Positions 10,221-18,658 of a stretch of 64,000 bases of DNA are shown in pieces. The notes under the pieces were generated by a model, which was not told the origin of the DNA, ran no database searches, and saw nothing but the letters and a program-made list of their open reading frames with translations. The stretch is from an uncultured delta proteobacterium. Its GTDB lineage: Bacteria; Myxococcota_A; Polyangia; Polyangiales; JAFGIB01. The position numbers and the translations under genes were made by a program. Numbering within the stretch: position 1 is the stretch's first letter; each line of letters opens with the position of its first letter. The DNA lies in NCBI GenBank assembly GCA_963778655.1, contig CAVZVA010000009.1:832001-896000 (forward strand), given 5' to 3'.

Positions 10221-12414
10221 GTGAAGAGGCTGCTCTTGCTTGGCCGGTGTTGCGTCGCCGGCTGCAGCCTCGATTTCGGCCGCTTCAAGGGCGTCACCAA
10301 GGGCGACGCCGCAATCGGCGCAAGTAGCCCCGGCGACGGCGGCGCGAGCCCCGGCGACGGTGGCGGCAGCGACGGCGGAGTGTGCGACTCGGGCCTGCCT
10401 CGCTCGATAGCGTCAACCAACGCGTGATCGCGGTCGGCGACGCCACCGATGCCGTGGTCGCGATTTCCATGGCCGACGGATCGCGTGCCGTGATCGCTCC
10501 TCCGAGCTCCACGCCGGTCGGGCGCAACAGCCTGGTGCTGGATGCGGGCAACAATCGCCTGCTGGTCACCGAGCATGACGCGGGTGCGCTGGCGTGGATC
10601 GACCTCTCGACGGGCGCGCGCGCGCTAATCTCGGACGCCACTCACGGGACCGGCGACACCTTCGTTCCCACCGCGGCGGTGCTCGTTCCGGCAATGGCGG
10701 ATCGCGCGTTCGTGTTGGTCGACAGCTCCAGCAGCTCCTCTTCGATGCACGTCTACAGCGTCGAGCTGTCGACCGGGAACCGCACCCCGCTGAGCGCCGC
10801 TGCGGGGGTGGACATGGTCTACGACCAGAACCGCAATCGACTGGTGGTGGTCGGCAACAACGGCGTTCAGGCCGTGGATCTGACGAACGGCAACGCCACC
10901 ACCATCGCAACCAGCTCCGATACCACACCAGCCGTCGGACGCGGTTCGCCGCTGTTCAACCCGGCGCACTCGATCGTCGACGGCGATCGCCTGCTCGTTG
11001 CGGGCGGAGAGGATGTGGGCAGCGGTCGCGTCTGCATTCACGCGGTGGACCTGGGGAGCGGCAACCACCATGATCTTGCGGCGCTGACGCTTGGCAGCGA
11101 CCCGCTCCCGCTGTCGTCCTCCGACATGGGGTTTCCCTTTACCTACGACCCCGCGACTGGCCGGGCGTTGGTGCTCGACCCGGCGGGCCGGTTGCTTTCG
11201 GTCCGGCTGCAGCCCGGAGACCGCGAGTACTTCTCCACCTTGCTCTATGGAAACGGTCCGGCCTTTGCCGACCCCGCCGCGATTGCCGACGACCCGACGC
11301 GCAATCGGTGGTTGGTGGCCGACTGGGCGCTTGGCGCCATCGGCGCGGTCGACAAGAAGACGGGCGACCGAAGCGTGCTCTCCGACGCGAGCACCGGCAC
11401 AGGCCCGGGGTTCGGCTCGCTCGTGCTCGCGGGCGTAGCGGTGGACACCGTCAACGACACCGTGATCGTCCGCGATCAGAGCAAAGGCGTTGGGTGTGGG
11501 CCCGGTGTTCACGTTCGCGTCCGTCAGCGCAACGCGGTCATCAGCCGCGAGCTGCCCGGCGTACAGCACGGCGGTGCTCGGGTCGAGGTGCTCGCGCTCG
11601 ACACCCACACCGGGCAGCAAACGGTGGTGTCCGATGACAGCGACAACGGCGGCTCGCTTCGCTGGCAGGTCCCAATCGCGCTCGAGCTCGATCCAGATGC
11701 GCACCGCCTGCTCGGGCTGAATCTCCGATTCTGCTTGTTCAGCTGCACCAACTTTGGGCCGGACTCGCTGCTATCGATCGACCTCGCGGACGGCGCCCAG
11801 AGCGTGATGTCGGATGCGACCAAAGGCGGCGGCTTCACATGGCAGACCCCTTCTGACGTCGTCTGGGACCAGGCGCACAACCGGGCTCTGTTGGCTGTAG
11901 GCGGGCTGCCCGGGATCGCCGCCGTCGATCCGTCGAGCGGCGATCGCGCGGTGTTTTCGGGCGGCCCGAATGGCAGCGGCGTCGCGTTCTCCGCGCCCGG
12001 GGCTGCGGCACTCGACGTGGCCCGTAATCGTTGCTGGTGTTCGATTCGCACGACTTGGTCGCTGTCGATCTCGAAAGCGCCGACCGCACGGCGTTTTCCG
12101 GCAGCAGCGCGGGCAGTGGACCTGCCTTCATCGGAACCGGGCCGATCCTGTTCGACGCGGTCCGCGACCGAGCTATCGTCTTCGATGGCGGTGACGCCAA
12201 CAACGCGCCTGCGCTGATCTCGGTCGCCGGGAGCGACGGGGTCGGCAGCACGCTCGCTCCGATTCCGCAACGTTGGTACAGGAGCAACTCCCTGGTCGGA
12301 AGCGGGTTCGCGTTCGACGGCGCCGCCGATGTCGCTTAGGTGGGCGGCGATGGTCTGTTCGCCCTCGACCCTGCAAGCGGCGACTACGTCCTGATGGCCG
12401 GGTTCGGCAAGTAG
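10221..12414 (+). pseudogene. Disrupted large beta-propeller-repeat lipoprotein (two frameshifts and one in-frame TAG)
   Basis: Signal/lipobox MKRLLLLGRCCVAGC in one frame; body with DxxxNRLLV...VDLxTGxR repeats in frame 10382-12217; continues in frame 12031 (LLVFDSHDLVAVDL); TAG at 12337-12339 followed in frame by VGGDGLFALDPASGDYVLM to 12414. Confidence 0.7.
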
Positions 12415-12600
12415 ATGATCGCGTTGTCCATGGTCGGGCTGGTTTGGCAGTGGTTCACGCCCACTACATCGGAGCCCGTGCCGCCGCGAACGGTCATCCT
12501 CGACGGGATGTGGGCGGGATCCTCGGGAGCAATCTGGAAACCCTTGCCGCGGAAGCTCGGTACCGCCGCGGCGATCGCGCCCCCGGTGGTCTTGAATCGA
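12387..12600 (-). pseudogene. Possible degraded fragment of a myxobacterial esterase/depolymerase-like gene
   Basis: Start-less minus frame reads GFQIAPEDPAHIPSRMTVRGGTGSDVVGVNHCQTSPTMDNAI, resembling recalled DPxHxP.xMTxHGxxxDVV segments; recognition only. Confidence 0.3.
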
Positions 12601-12688
12601 CTGCTTGAAACGGCTAATGCTTGCTAGCCAGGGGGCGCCGACGCCTTGGCGAGCGGCGCATACGGGCCCGCGAAGAACAGGAGCAGCG

Positions 12689-13465
12689 ATGAAGTTCCTC
12701 GATGAGGTGTCCGAGCAAGGGGTTACCGAACGGCGCTTCGAGCTCGAAGTCGACGGCGAGCGCGTCCCCGGGATCCTGTGGCATCCGACCGCCGCCAAGG
12801 GGCCGCGCCCGCTGTTGCTGCAAGGACATGGCGGTACGCAGCACAAGCGCGTGCAGAACGTCCTGGGCCTGGCCCGGCGCATGGTGCGCCATCACGGCTA
12901 CGCCGTGGCCGCGATCGACGCGCCTGGCCACGGCGATCGGATGAGGCCCGCCGACGTGGAGGCCAATCGCGCGCGCCTTCGCGCCGGCGGGGGGGTGCCG
13001 CGCTTGAGCGCGATGAGTGACGAGCAGCGCAAGCAGATGGCCAAGCGCTCGCAACAAGCGGTGGGCGAATGGAAAGCGACGCTCGACGCGCTGCAACGCG
13101 TCGAGCACGTGGGCGACGCGGGTCCGGTCGGCTACTGGGGTGTTTCCATGGGCACCTCGACCGGCGTCCCGCTGCTGGCGAGCGAGCCGCGGATCAGGTG
13201 CGCGATCCTCGGGCTGTTCGGGGTCCGTCCCGGCGCCGATGAATTCGTCCGGGCGGCCAAGCGCATCGAGATTCCGCTGCTGTTCATGTTTCAGCTCAAC
13301 GACGAGCTGATGACACCGCAATCCGGGCTCGCGCTGTTCGACGCGTTCGGCTCCAAGGTCAAGTCGATGCACATCAATCCGGGCCCGCACGTGGGCATTC
13401 CGGTGTTCGAGCGCGACTACTACGAGACCTTCTACGTGCGCCACCTCGGCTCGGCGGCGTCGTGA
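12689..13465 (+). CDS. Alpha/beta hydrolase (dienelactone hydrolase-like)
   Basis: GHGG, IDAPGHGDR, GYWGVSMG nucleophile elbow, NPGPH catalytic His; AGGAG RBS before ATG 12689. Confidence 0.88.
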   Translation: MKFLDEVSEQGVTERRFELEVDGERVPGILWHPTAAKGPRPLLLQGHGGTQHKRVQNVLGLARRMVRHHGYAVAAIDAPGHGDRMRPADVEANRARLRAGGGVPRLSAMSDEQRKQMAKRSQQAVGEWKATLDALQRVEHVGDAGPVGYWGVSMGTSTGVPLLASEPRIRCAILGLFGVRPGADEFVRAAKRIEIPLLFMFQLNDELMTPQSGLALFDAFGSKVKSMHINPGPHVGIPVFERDYYETFYVRHLGSAAS

Positions 13466-13551
13466 TGCTCTGCGCCGGGGCCGTTGCGCGTCGCATGGCG
13501 CACGCTTCGATTGCGGGGTAAGGGGTGGTTGGGGGGGCAGGAGGTACGGAC

Positions 13552-14157
13552 GTGATCAAGCTCTATTCGGCTCGGGTCTGCCCCTATGCGTTGCGCACGC
13601 GCCTCGCGCTGCAGGAAAAGGGGCTTGCATACGAGCACATCGAGATCGATCTGCAGAACAAGCCGGCAGACTTCATGGCGATCTCGCGCTACGGCAAGGT
13701 GCCGGCGCTGTTCGACGACGACCATCATATCTACGAATCGGTGGTGATCAACGAGTACCTGGACGAGAGCTACCCGCAGCCGCCGCTGATGCCGAAGCGT
13801 CCAATCGATCGTGCTTACGCGCGCATCTGGATCGACTTCGCCAACACGCGCGTGATGCCGGCGTCCGCCGCGCTGCGCTTCGGCAAGAGCGACGAGGAGA
13901 AGGCCGCCGCGGCCGGGGCGTTTGCCCAGCATTGCGCGATGTTGAGCGAGCAGATGGGCGCGGGCCCGTGGTTTCTCGGCGAGCGTTACAGCCTGGTCGA
14001 CGTCACCTACTGCACGTTCTACGCTCGCCTCGAGCGCTACGCTCACATCGCCATCCCCGACAACGTGCGCGCGTGGTGGGAGCGCATCGGCGCCCGCCCC
14101 GCGTACGTCGCGACCGGCGGGCTCGGCCCGGCGGCGCCCAGCCCTCCGCCCAGGTGA
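13552..14157 (+). CDS. Glutathione S-transferase family protein
   Basis: CPYALR, GKVPAL, ESVVINEYLDE, FLGERYSLVD; GGAGG RBS before GTG 13552. Confidence 0.93.
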   Translation: MIKLYSARVCPYALRTRLALQEKGLAYEHIEIDLQNKPADFMAISRYGKVPALFDDDHHIYESVVINEYLDESYPQPPLMPKRPIDRAYARIWIDFANTRVMPASAALRFGKSDEEKAAAAGAFAQHCAMLSEQMGAGPWFLGERYSLVDVTYCTFYARLERYAHIAIPDNVRAWWERIGARPAYVATGGLGPAAPSPPPR

Positions 14158-14165
14158 CACGTCGG

Positions 14166-15281
14166 TCAATCGGCGACTTGCACCGAGCGCCGGCCCAACA
14201 GGTTCATGCGCGTGCGCCGGATGGTCGGCGCTTCCACGACGCGGCCGTCGTCGTAGCGGAAGCGCAGCGCGTCCGTGGGGCATTGCACGATGCACGCGCC
14301 GCACTCGATACACTGATCGGGCCTTCTGATCTCCACCTTGCGCCGCGGGCCGTTCATCTCGAGCACATCGCGCGGACACACCAGCACGCAATCTGCCGAG
14401 CCGTTGCAGCGCTCCTCGACCAGGTCGATATGCGGCTCGCCGCCGCGCGAGTTGATGTAGCTCGGGTACCAGGGCGTGGTGCCCGCGAGATCGATCGAAA
14501 GCACGCCCATCGCGGCGATACACGCGGTCCCGAGAGCAGCCCCGTGGCCGAGGGACCACCCGCCGAGGGCCAGGAGCGCGGCATTGCCCAGCAGGGCGGC
14601 CGTCAGGGCGAATGCCGCGAACGTCAGGAAACGCGCACGTGTCCGGACCTGGAGCCACGGCAGCAGCCCGAACAAGCCGAGCACCATGGCGGCGACCGAT
14701 GCGGCGGCGACCGTAGCGGTCGCGCGGCCGGAGACGAGCCAAATGATCGGCAGCGTCACGGCCAGCATTGGTACGCCCCACATCGCCGCCATCTCCGCGC
14801 GCTCCCACAGGGGAAAGCGCATGAAGCGCTCGCGTTGGCTCACGCGCGCCCCGCGCTCGAGAAAGGCCGGCAGGTCCTCTAGCCGTGCCGGTCCCCAGCG
14901 CGTGGCGAAGCCAGTCGCCTCGGTGATGCGCCGCCGCTCGACGCCGGTCGCGCAAAGCTGCGGCAAGATCAGCTCTTGGCGATCGACCCGGTCGGCGATG
15001 CCGGAGGTGCGAACGACGGAGATGACATCGTGGTGAGTCAGGTGGCCGCCGCCCGCGGCGCACCAGACGTTGATGCCGCGGCTGTTCGCGACCAGGAGCC
15101 AAGCATCGTGCCCGCGCAAGGCGTCGCGCAGGCGGCGTACTGTGAGGGTGAAGTTGCCCGTGACCAGCACGGGCGCCTCGCGCCCTGGCTCGCCGATGCG
15201 CAACAGCCCCGTCTTGGCGCGATGAGGAAACATGCGCAGCACGGTGTCGCGCACGTACGCAAGCAGGTCGGCAAGCTTCAT
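14166..15281 (-). CDS. hgcAB-like: Fused HgcAB-like protein: corrinoid-binding domain, membrane domain and 2[4Fe-4S]-type ferredoxin
   Basis: PVLVTGNFTLT, cap helix GINVWCAAGGG (Cys74), LILPQL, TGF..WGP, about 4 TM helices ending DLAGTTP, then CNGSADCVLVCP and CIECGACIVQCP. Confidence 0.9.
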   Translation of the reverse strand: MKLADLLAYVRDTVLRMFPHRAKTGLLRIGEPGREAPVLVTGNFTLTVRRLRDALRGHDAWLLVANSRGINVWCAAGGGHLTHHDVISVVRTSGIADRVDRQELILPQLCATGVERRRITEATGFATRWGPARLEDLPAFLERGARVSQRERFMRFPLWERAEMAAMWGVPMLAVTLPIIWLVSGRATATVAAASVAAMVLGLFGLLPWLQVRTRARFLTFAAFALTAALLGNAALLALGGWSLGHGAALGTACIAAMGVLSIDLAGTTPWYPSYINSRGGEPHIDLVEERCNGSADCVLVCPRDVLEMNGPRRKVEIRRPDQCIECGACIVQCPTDALRFRYDDGRVVEAPTIRRTRMNLLGRRSVQVAD

Positions 15282-15940
15282 GGCTCCTCCTTCTTCACTG
15301 CGTACACGATGATCATGCTGTTTCCGGCCACCCGCTCTTCCCGCACCTCGGAGAAGCCGGCTGCGCGTACGCGCTCGGCGAGCCGCGCTACCGGCCGAGT
15401 CGTGGTCTGCGTGAGCAGGTAGGTCGCGGCCACGAGCGGGAGTCGGCGCAGCCGATAGGCCACGCGAGAAAGTCCCGAGCCCGGGAGCGTCTCGTCGGCG
15501 ATCACGATCTCGCCACCAGGCAATAGACGCGTGTAGGCGACGCGCAGCACGTACTCCTGCTCCTCGGCCGAGAGCTCGCTCATCGCCAGGCAGGACACCA
15601 CCGCGTCGAGACTCTCGGGCCCAAAGCGGTCCTCGATCTCCGCCGCGCCGAGCTCGAGCAGCTCCAGGCTACCATCCGCTGGAACGGGCTTGCGGCGCGC
15701 GACCTCGAGCATGCCGGCGTCGATGTCGATGCCGGTCACGGCGGCGCCGCGCGCGGCGCACGCGAGCGACACACCGCCGGTCCCGCAGCCGACGTCGAGA
15801 ATGCGTTTACCGGGGGCCGCAATGAGCTCGGCGATTCGCTCGTACACTTCCGCAATGCGGCCATGTGCGAGCATGGCGATTCCCTTGTCGTAGCGCTCGG
15901 GCGCCGACTCGAGCACCTTCATCCACACGAAGCTGCTCAT
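15278..15940 (-). CDS. cpaM: Class I SAM-dependent methyltransferase, corrinoid protein-associated (CpaM-like)
   Basis: ILDVGCGTG motif I, GIDID, CLAMSEL, IADE; N-terminus MSSFVWMKVLESAPERYDKGI; GGAGG RBS; TGA overlaps the hgcAB-like ATG (ATGA). Confidence 0.75.
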   Translation of the reverse strand: MSSFVWMKVLESAPERYDKGIAMLAHGRIAEVYERIAELIAAPGKRILDVGCGTGGVSLACAARGAAVTGIDIDAGMLEVARRKPVPADGSLELLELGAAEIEDRFGPESLDAVVSCLAMSELSAEEQEYVLRVAYTRLLPGGEIVIADETLPGSGLSRVAYRLRRLPLVAATYLLTQTTTRPVARLAERVRAAGFSEVREERVAGNSMIIVYAVKKEEP

Positions 15941-16021
15941 CGTGGAGCCTCCCCCTCGGCGCGTCGGACGCGCCGCCGGACCGCTGCCACGACGGCGCTG
16001 TGGTCCACTACCATGGCGCGG

Positions 16022-16412
16022 TCAGCCGGCAGGCGCCGCTCCGGCGGGAAAGCAGCTCGCGGGAAGGGGGCAGTCGGCGTCTTGCGAGCAAGACGCGAGG
16101 CACTGGCTCTGCCCGTCTTCGACCGTGGTCGCAACCAGTCCGCCGTTGCAGGCACCGGCGTCGGGCGGGGTGTGTAGGCCTCTTTGCGTCGCGGAAATCC
16201 CGCGCTACACACGCCAGCCCGGTGTAGTCTGCGGCTTCCCGATCGGTCAGTAGCATCCCGGTGCAGCGATCGCTCTTGCACTCCGGCACGTCGAACGACT
16301 CGACGCCAATCTGGTCGGCAGGCGAACCGGCGCAACCGTAGCTCGGCCATGCCGCCGCAACGAGCAAGAACAGCGTATGCCTCGCCAAGCTCCCCCGCCA
16401 GAGCAAGGTCAT
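16022..16412 (-). pseudogene. Frameshifted small Cys-rich putative lipoprotein
   Basis: Signal ...LFLLVAAAWPSYGC; near 16190 the plausible protein continues in another frame as LHTPPDAGACNGG...QCLASCSQDADCPLPASC to a TGA at 16022-16024. Confidence 0.45.
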
Positions 16413-16424
16413 TGCGATCCCATA

Positions 16425-17252
16425 TCATAGGAGCACGCGCGGATCGAGGTCGACGCTGACCGGACAGTGGTCCGAGCCACGGACCTCCGGGTGGATGCGC
16501 GCGCCTTGCAGGAAGGGTAGGGCGCCCGGAGAGGCGAGCACGTAGTCGATGCGCCAGCCGACGTTGCGCTCGCGCGCGCCCAGGCGCTGGCTCCACCAGG
16601 TGTAGTGGCCCGGGCCCGGCTCGAAGCGGCGAAAGCTGTCGACGAACCCCGCGCGCAGCCAGCGATCGAGCTCGGCGCGCTCCTCGGGCAGAAAGCCGCT
16701 TGTGTCGCGGTTTCCCTTGGGGCGCGCCAGGTCGATCTCGCGGTGGGCAGTGTTGAAGTCACCCAGCACGAGCATGCGCTCGCCGCGCTCGAGCGCCGGT
16801 GCGAGCTTTCTGAAGAGCGCGCGGTAGAACGCGAGCTTGTAGGGTACACGCGAGTTGTCGCGCAGCGTGCCGCTGCCCTTGGGGAAATAGGCGTTGACCA
16901 CGAGCAGCGCGCCAAAGCGCCCGAGCTGGACGCGGCCTTCGCGGTCGAACCGGGGAATCCCGAGCGCGCCCTCGATCTCGTCCGCGGCCACGCGGCTGTA
17001 CAGGCCGACGCCGCTGTAGCCCTTGCGCTCGGCCGGGCTGAAGGCCGTGTGCCAGCCACGTGGCGCCCGCAGCTCGCCCGGAAGCTGCTCGGGCAAGGCG
17101 CGCACCTCCTGCAGGCCCAGGATCTGCCCGCGGGAGTCGCGCAACCAGGAGAGGAAACCCTTGCTTGCGGCCGCGCGCAGCCCGTTCACGTTCCACGAGA
17201 TCACGCGCAAGGGCCGCGCGCGGGACGGCTTGGGTCTGCTGTGGACGCTCAT
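16425..17252 (-). CDS. xth: Exodeoxyribonuclease III
   Basis: SWNVNGLRA, LQE, KGYSGV, GDFNTAH, YTWWS, GWRIDY, GSDHCP. Confidence 0.96.
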   Translation of the reverse strand: MSVHSRPKPSRARPLRVISWNVNGLRAAASKGFLSWLRDSRGQILGLQEVRALPEQLPGELRAPRGWHTAFSPAERKGYSGVGLYSRVAADEIEGALGIPRFDREGRVQLGRFGALLVVNAYFPKGSGTLRDNSRVPYKLAFYRALFRKLAPALERGERMLVLGDFNTAHREIDLARPKGNRDTSGFLPEERAELDRWLRAGFVDSFRRFEPGPGHYTWWSQRLGARERNVGWRIDYVLASPGALPFLQGARIHPEVRGSDHCPVSVDLDPRVLL

Positions 17253-17557
17253 CGGGCCCACCGGCGCGACTCACCGCTGGGCGCTTTCTCGCGGGCGCCC
17301 TCTCGCGGTTCGAGCACGGCGCGCACGCGCGACCGCAGCTCGCTCTGCTCGGCGCGGGTGCCGGCGCGCATGCGCTCGAAGCTGCCTTCGACCTCGAGGT
17401 CGGCGAACGTACCGGAGCGATCCTTGTGAAAGTGCAGAAAGACCGAGCCCTTGCGGTAGAACACCCCGCGTTTGCGTTCCGCCATGCCGGGCGTGCTCCG
17501 CAGCTCGACCATCAGGGGCTCGAGCGCATCCAACGTGTCAGGCCCTGCGTGTTTCAT
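17249..17557 (-). CDS. Small conserved hypothetical protein
   Basis: MKHAGPDTLDALEPL...GVFYRKGSVFLHFHKD; stop overlaps the xth start (ATGA). Confidence 0.7.
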   Translation of the reverse strand: MKHAGPDTLDALEPLMVELRSTPGMAERKRGVFYRKGSVFLHFHKDRSGTFADLEVEGSFERMRAGTRAEQSELRSRVRAVLEPREGAREKAPSGESRRWAR

Positions 17558-17623
17558 CGCGGCCCGACCGTAGTACGGTCGGGCCGGTCCTGTCTTCCTT
17601 CCAGCCCGGCGCGTCGCAGGTCC

Positions 17624-18049
17624 CTATTGCGCCTCCAGCTCGGCTCGCAGCGCGCTCAACCGGTCACGCACCTCCCAGGCATCGCACCACCGCTCGACGT
17701 ACGCCCAGTCGATCGGCTCGCCGCGGACCTGTTGTGCTTCCACCACGGCGGCGATGTCTGCGCGATCCTGGGGACGATCAGCAATGAGCTTGTAGACGAC
17801 GAGATCCTCGACCGAGACGACCTGTGCCGTCGTCTCACCGAACGGAGTGAGGGTCCTGCGCCGGCTCAGGGCAGACCGTTCAAAATCGGTATGCGCAAAG
17901 AGAACGTCGATGCGCCTACCCGCTGCGTCCCTGTACAGAACCAGATCGGGCACCTCGAAGTGCCGCCGCTCGCGCGAGCTCACCGTCATCTCGATCATCA
18001 TAGCGTAGGGCACGGGCACGTTCCAGGCGTGTTGGCCGTTGCGGCTCAT
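17624..18049 (-). pseudogene. Nucleotidyltransferase-family fragment lacking the catalytic GG/DxD region
   Basis: C-terminal half typical (IDVLF, SVEDLVVYKLIADRPQDRADI, IDWAYVERW); the N-terminal VPYA is not followed by the expected GGxA...TxDxD. Confidence 0.55.
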
Positions 18050-18054
18050 CGCGC

Positions 18055-18342
18055 TCAACGCGCGCCGTTTGCCAGGGCGCGCCGGTAGGCCGCGTCGCTG
18101 TCGTCCACGTAGACGTAGAGGAACGCGGTCGCGGCTGCGCGGGCTTCGGCGTCGCTGACCATGACCATGGAGTCGCCGATCGCGAGCACGGTCGGGCGCG
18201 CCTGCTGATTCTCGCCGGTCGAACCGAACACCTGCTTGATGAAGGCGACGAACCGTTCGGTGTCGCGGCAGGCGATCCTCGGCGTCACCCGCGGCCAGCC
18301 TTCGGGCACGAAAGGAGCACGCGTATCGCACGGTTCAGCCAT
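18055..18342 (-). pseudogene. 3'-truncated VOC/glyoxalase (PhnB-like) protein
   Basis: PEGWPRVTPRI, IGDSMVMVSD, FLYVYVDDSDAAYRRALANGA, then stop; the final PYGDR...DPxGNxW strands are missing. Confidence 0.65.
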
Positions 18343-18625
18343 TGCACCTCGACATCGGTGAGCAGCGCAGCAAGACCATGGATGCGCTGACCGGCAAGTG
18401 CTTCGGTTTCGCGTTCACCGTCTGCGACCGCGCTCGGCAACAGTGTCCGGCCATACCCGGTGCGCCGCAGCAGATCCACTGGGGCTTCGACGACGCGGCC
18501 GAGATGGTCGGCTGCGAGGAAGATCGGCTGCGGGCGTCCGCCGCGTGCGCGACGAGCTGCGCCAGCGCATCCGCCTGTTCCTGCTCGCCAACGGGCTCAC
18601 GGGCGGCGAGCGCGACAGCGCGTGA
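18342..18625 (+). pseudogene. arsC: Arsenate reductase (thioredoxin-type, LMW-PTPase fold) remnant
   Basis: LDIGEQRSK...TVCDRARQQCPAIPG...HWGFDD, a 1-bp frameshift near 18537, then RRVRDELRQRI; N-terminal CxxNxxRS loop absent. Confidence 0.8.
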
Positions 18626-18658
18626 AGGCATGCCGGTGGACGGCCGCAGCGAACGCGC

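Noticed and set aside
12337..12339. Pyrrolysine or programmed amber readthrough
   Set aside because: The same gene has two frameshifts, other genes here end in TAG normally, and no pyl genes are in the window
14166..15281. Calling this a bona fide mercury-methylation hgcAB locus
   Set aside because: Fused architecture, Lys-to-Gly change in the cap helix, altered first Fe-S motif and no HgcB Cys tail; tested fused homologues are not known to methylate Hg
15941..16140. Cobalamin riboswitch upstream of cpaM/hgcAB-like
   Set aside because: No ordered B12-box motifs on the minus strand; the hairpin at 16077-16096 lies in coding-like sequence
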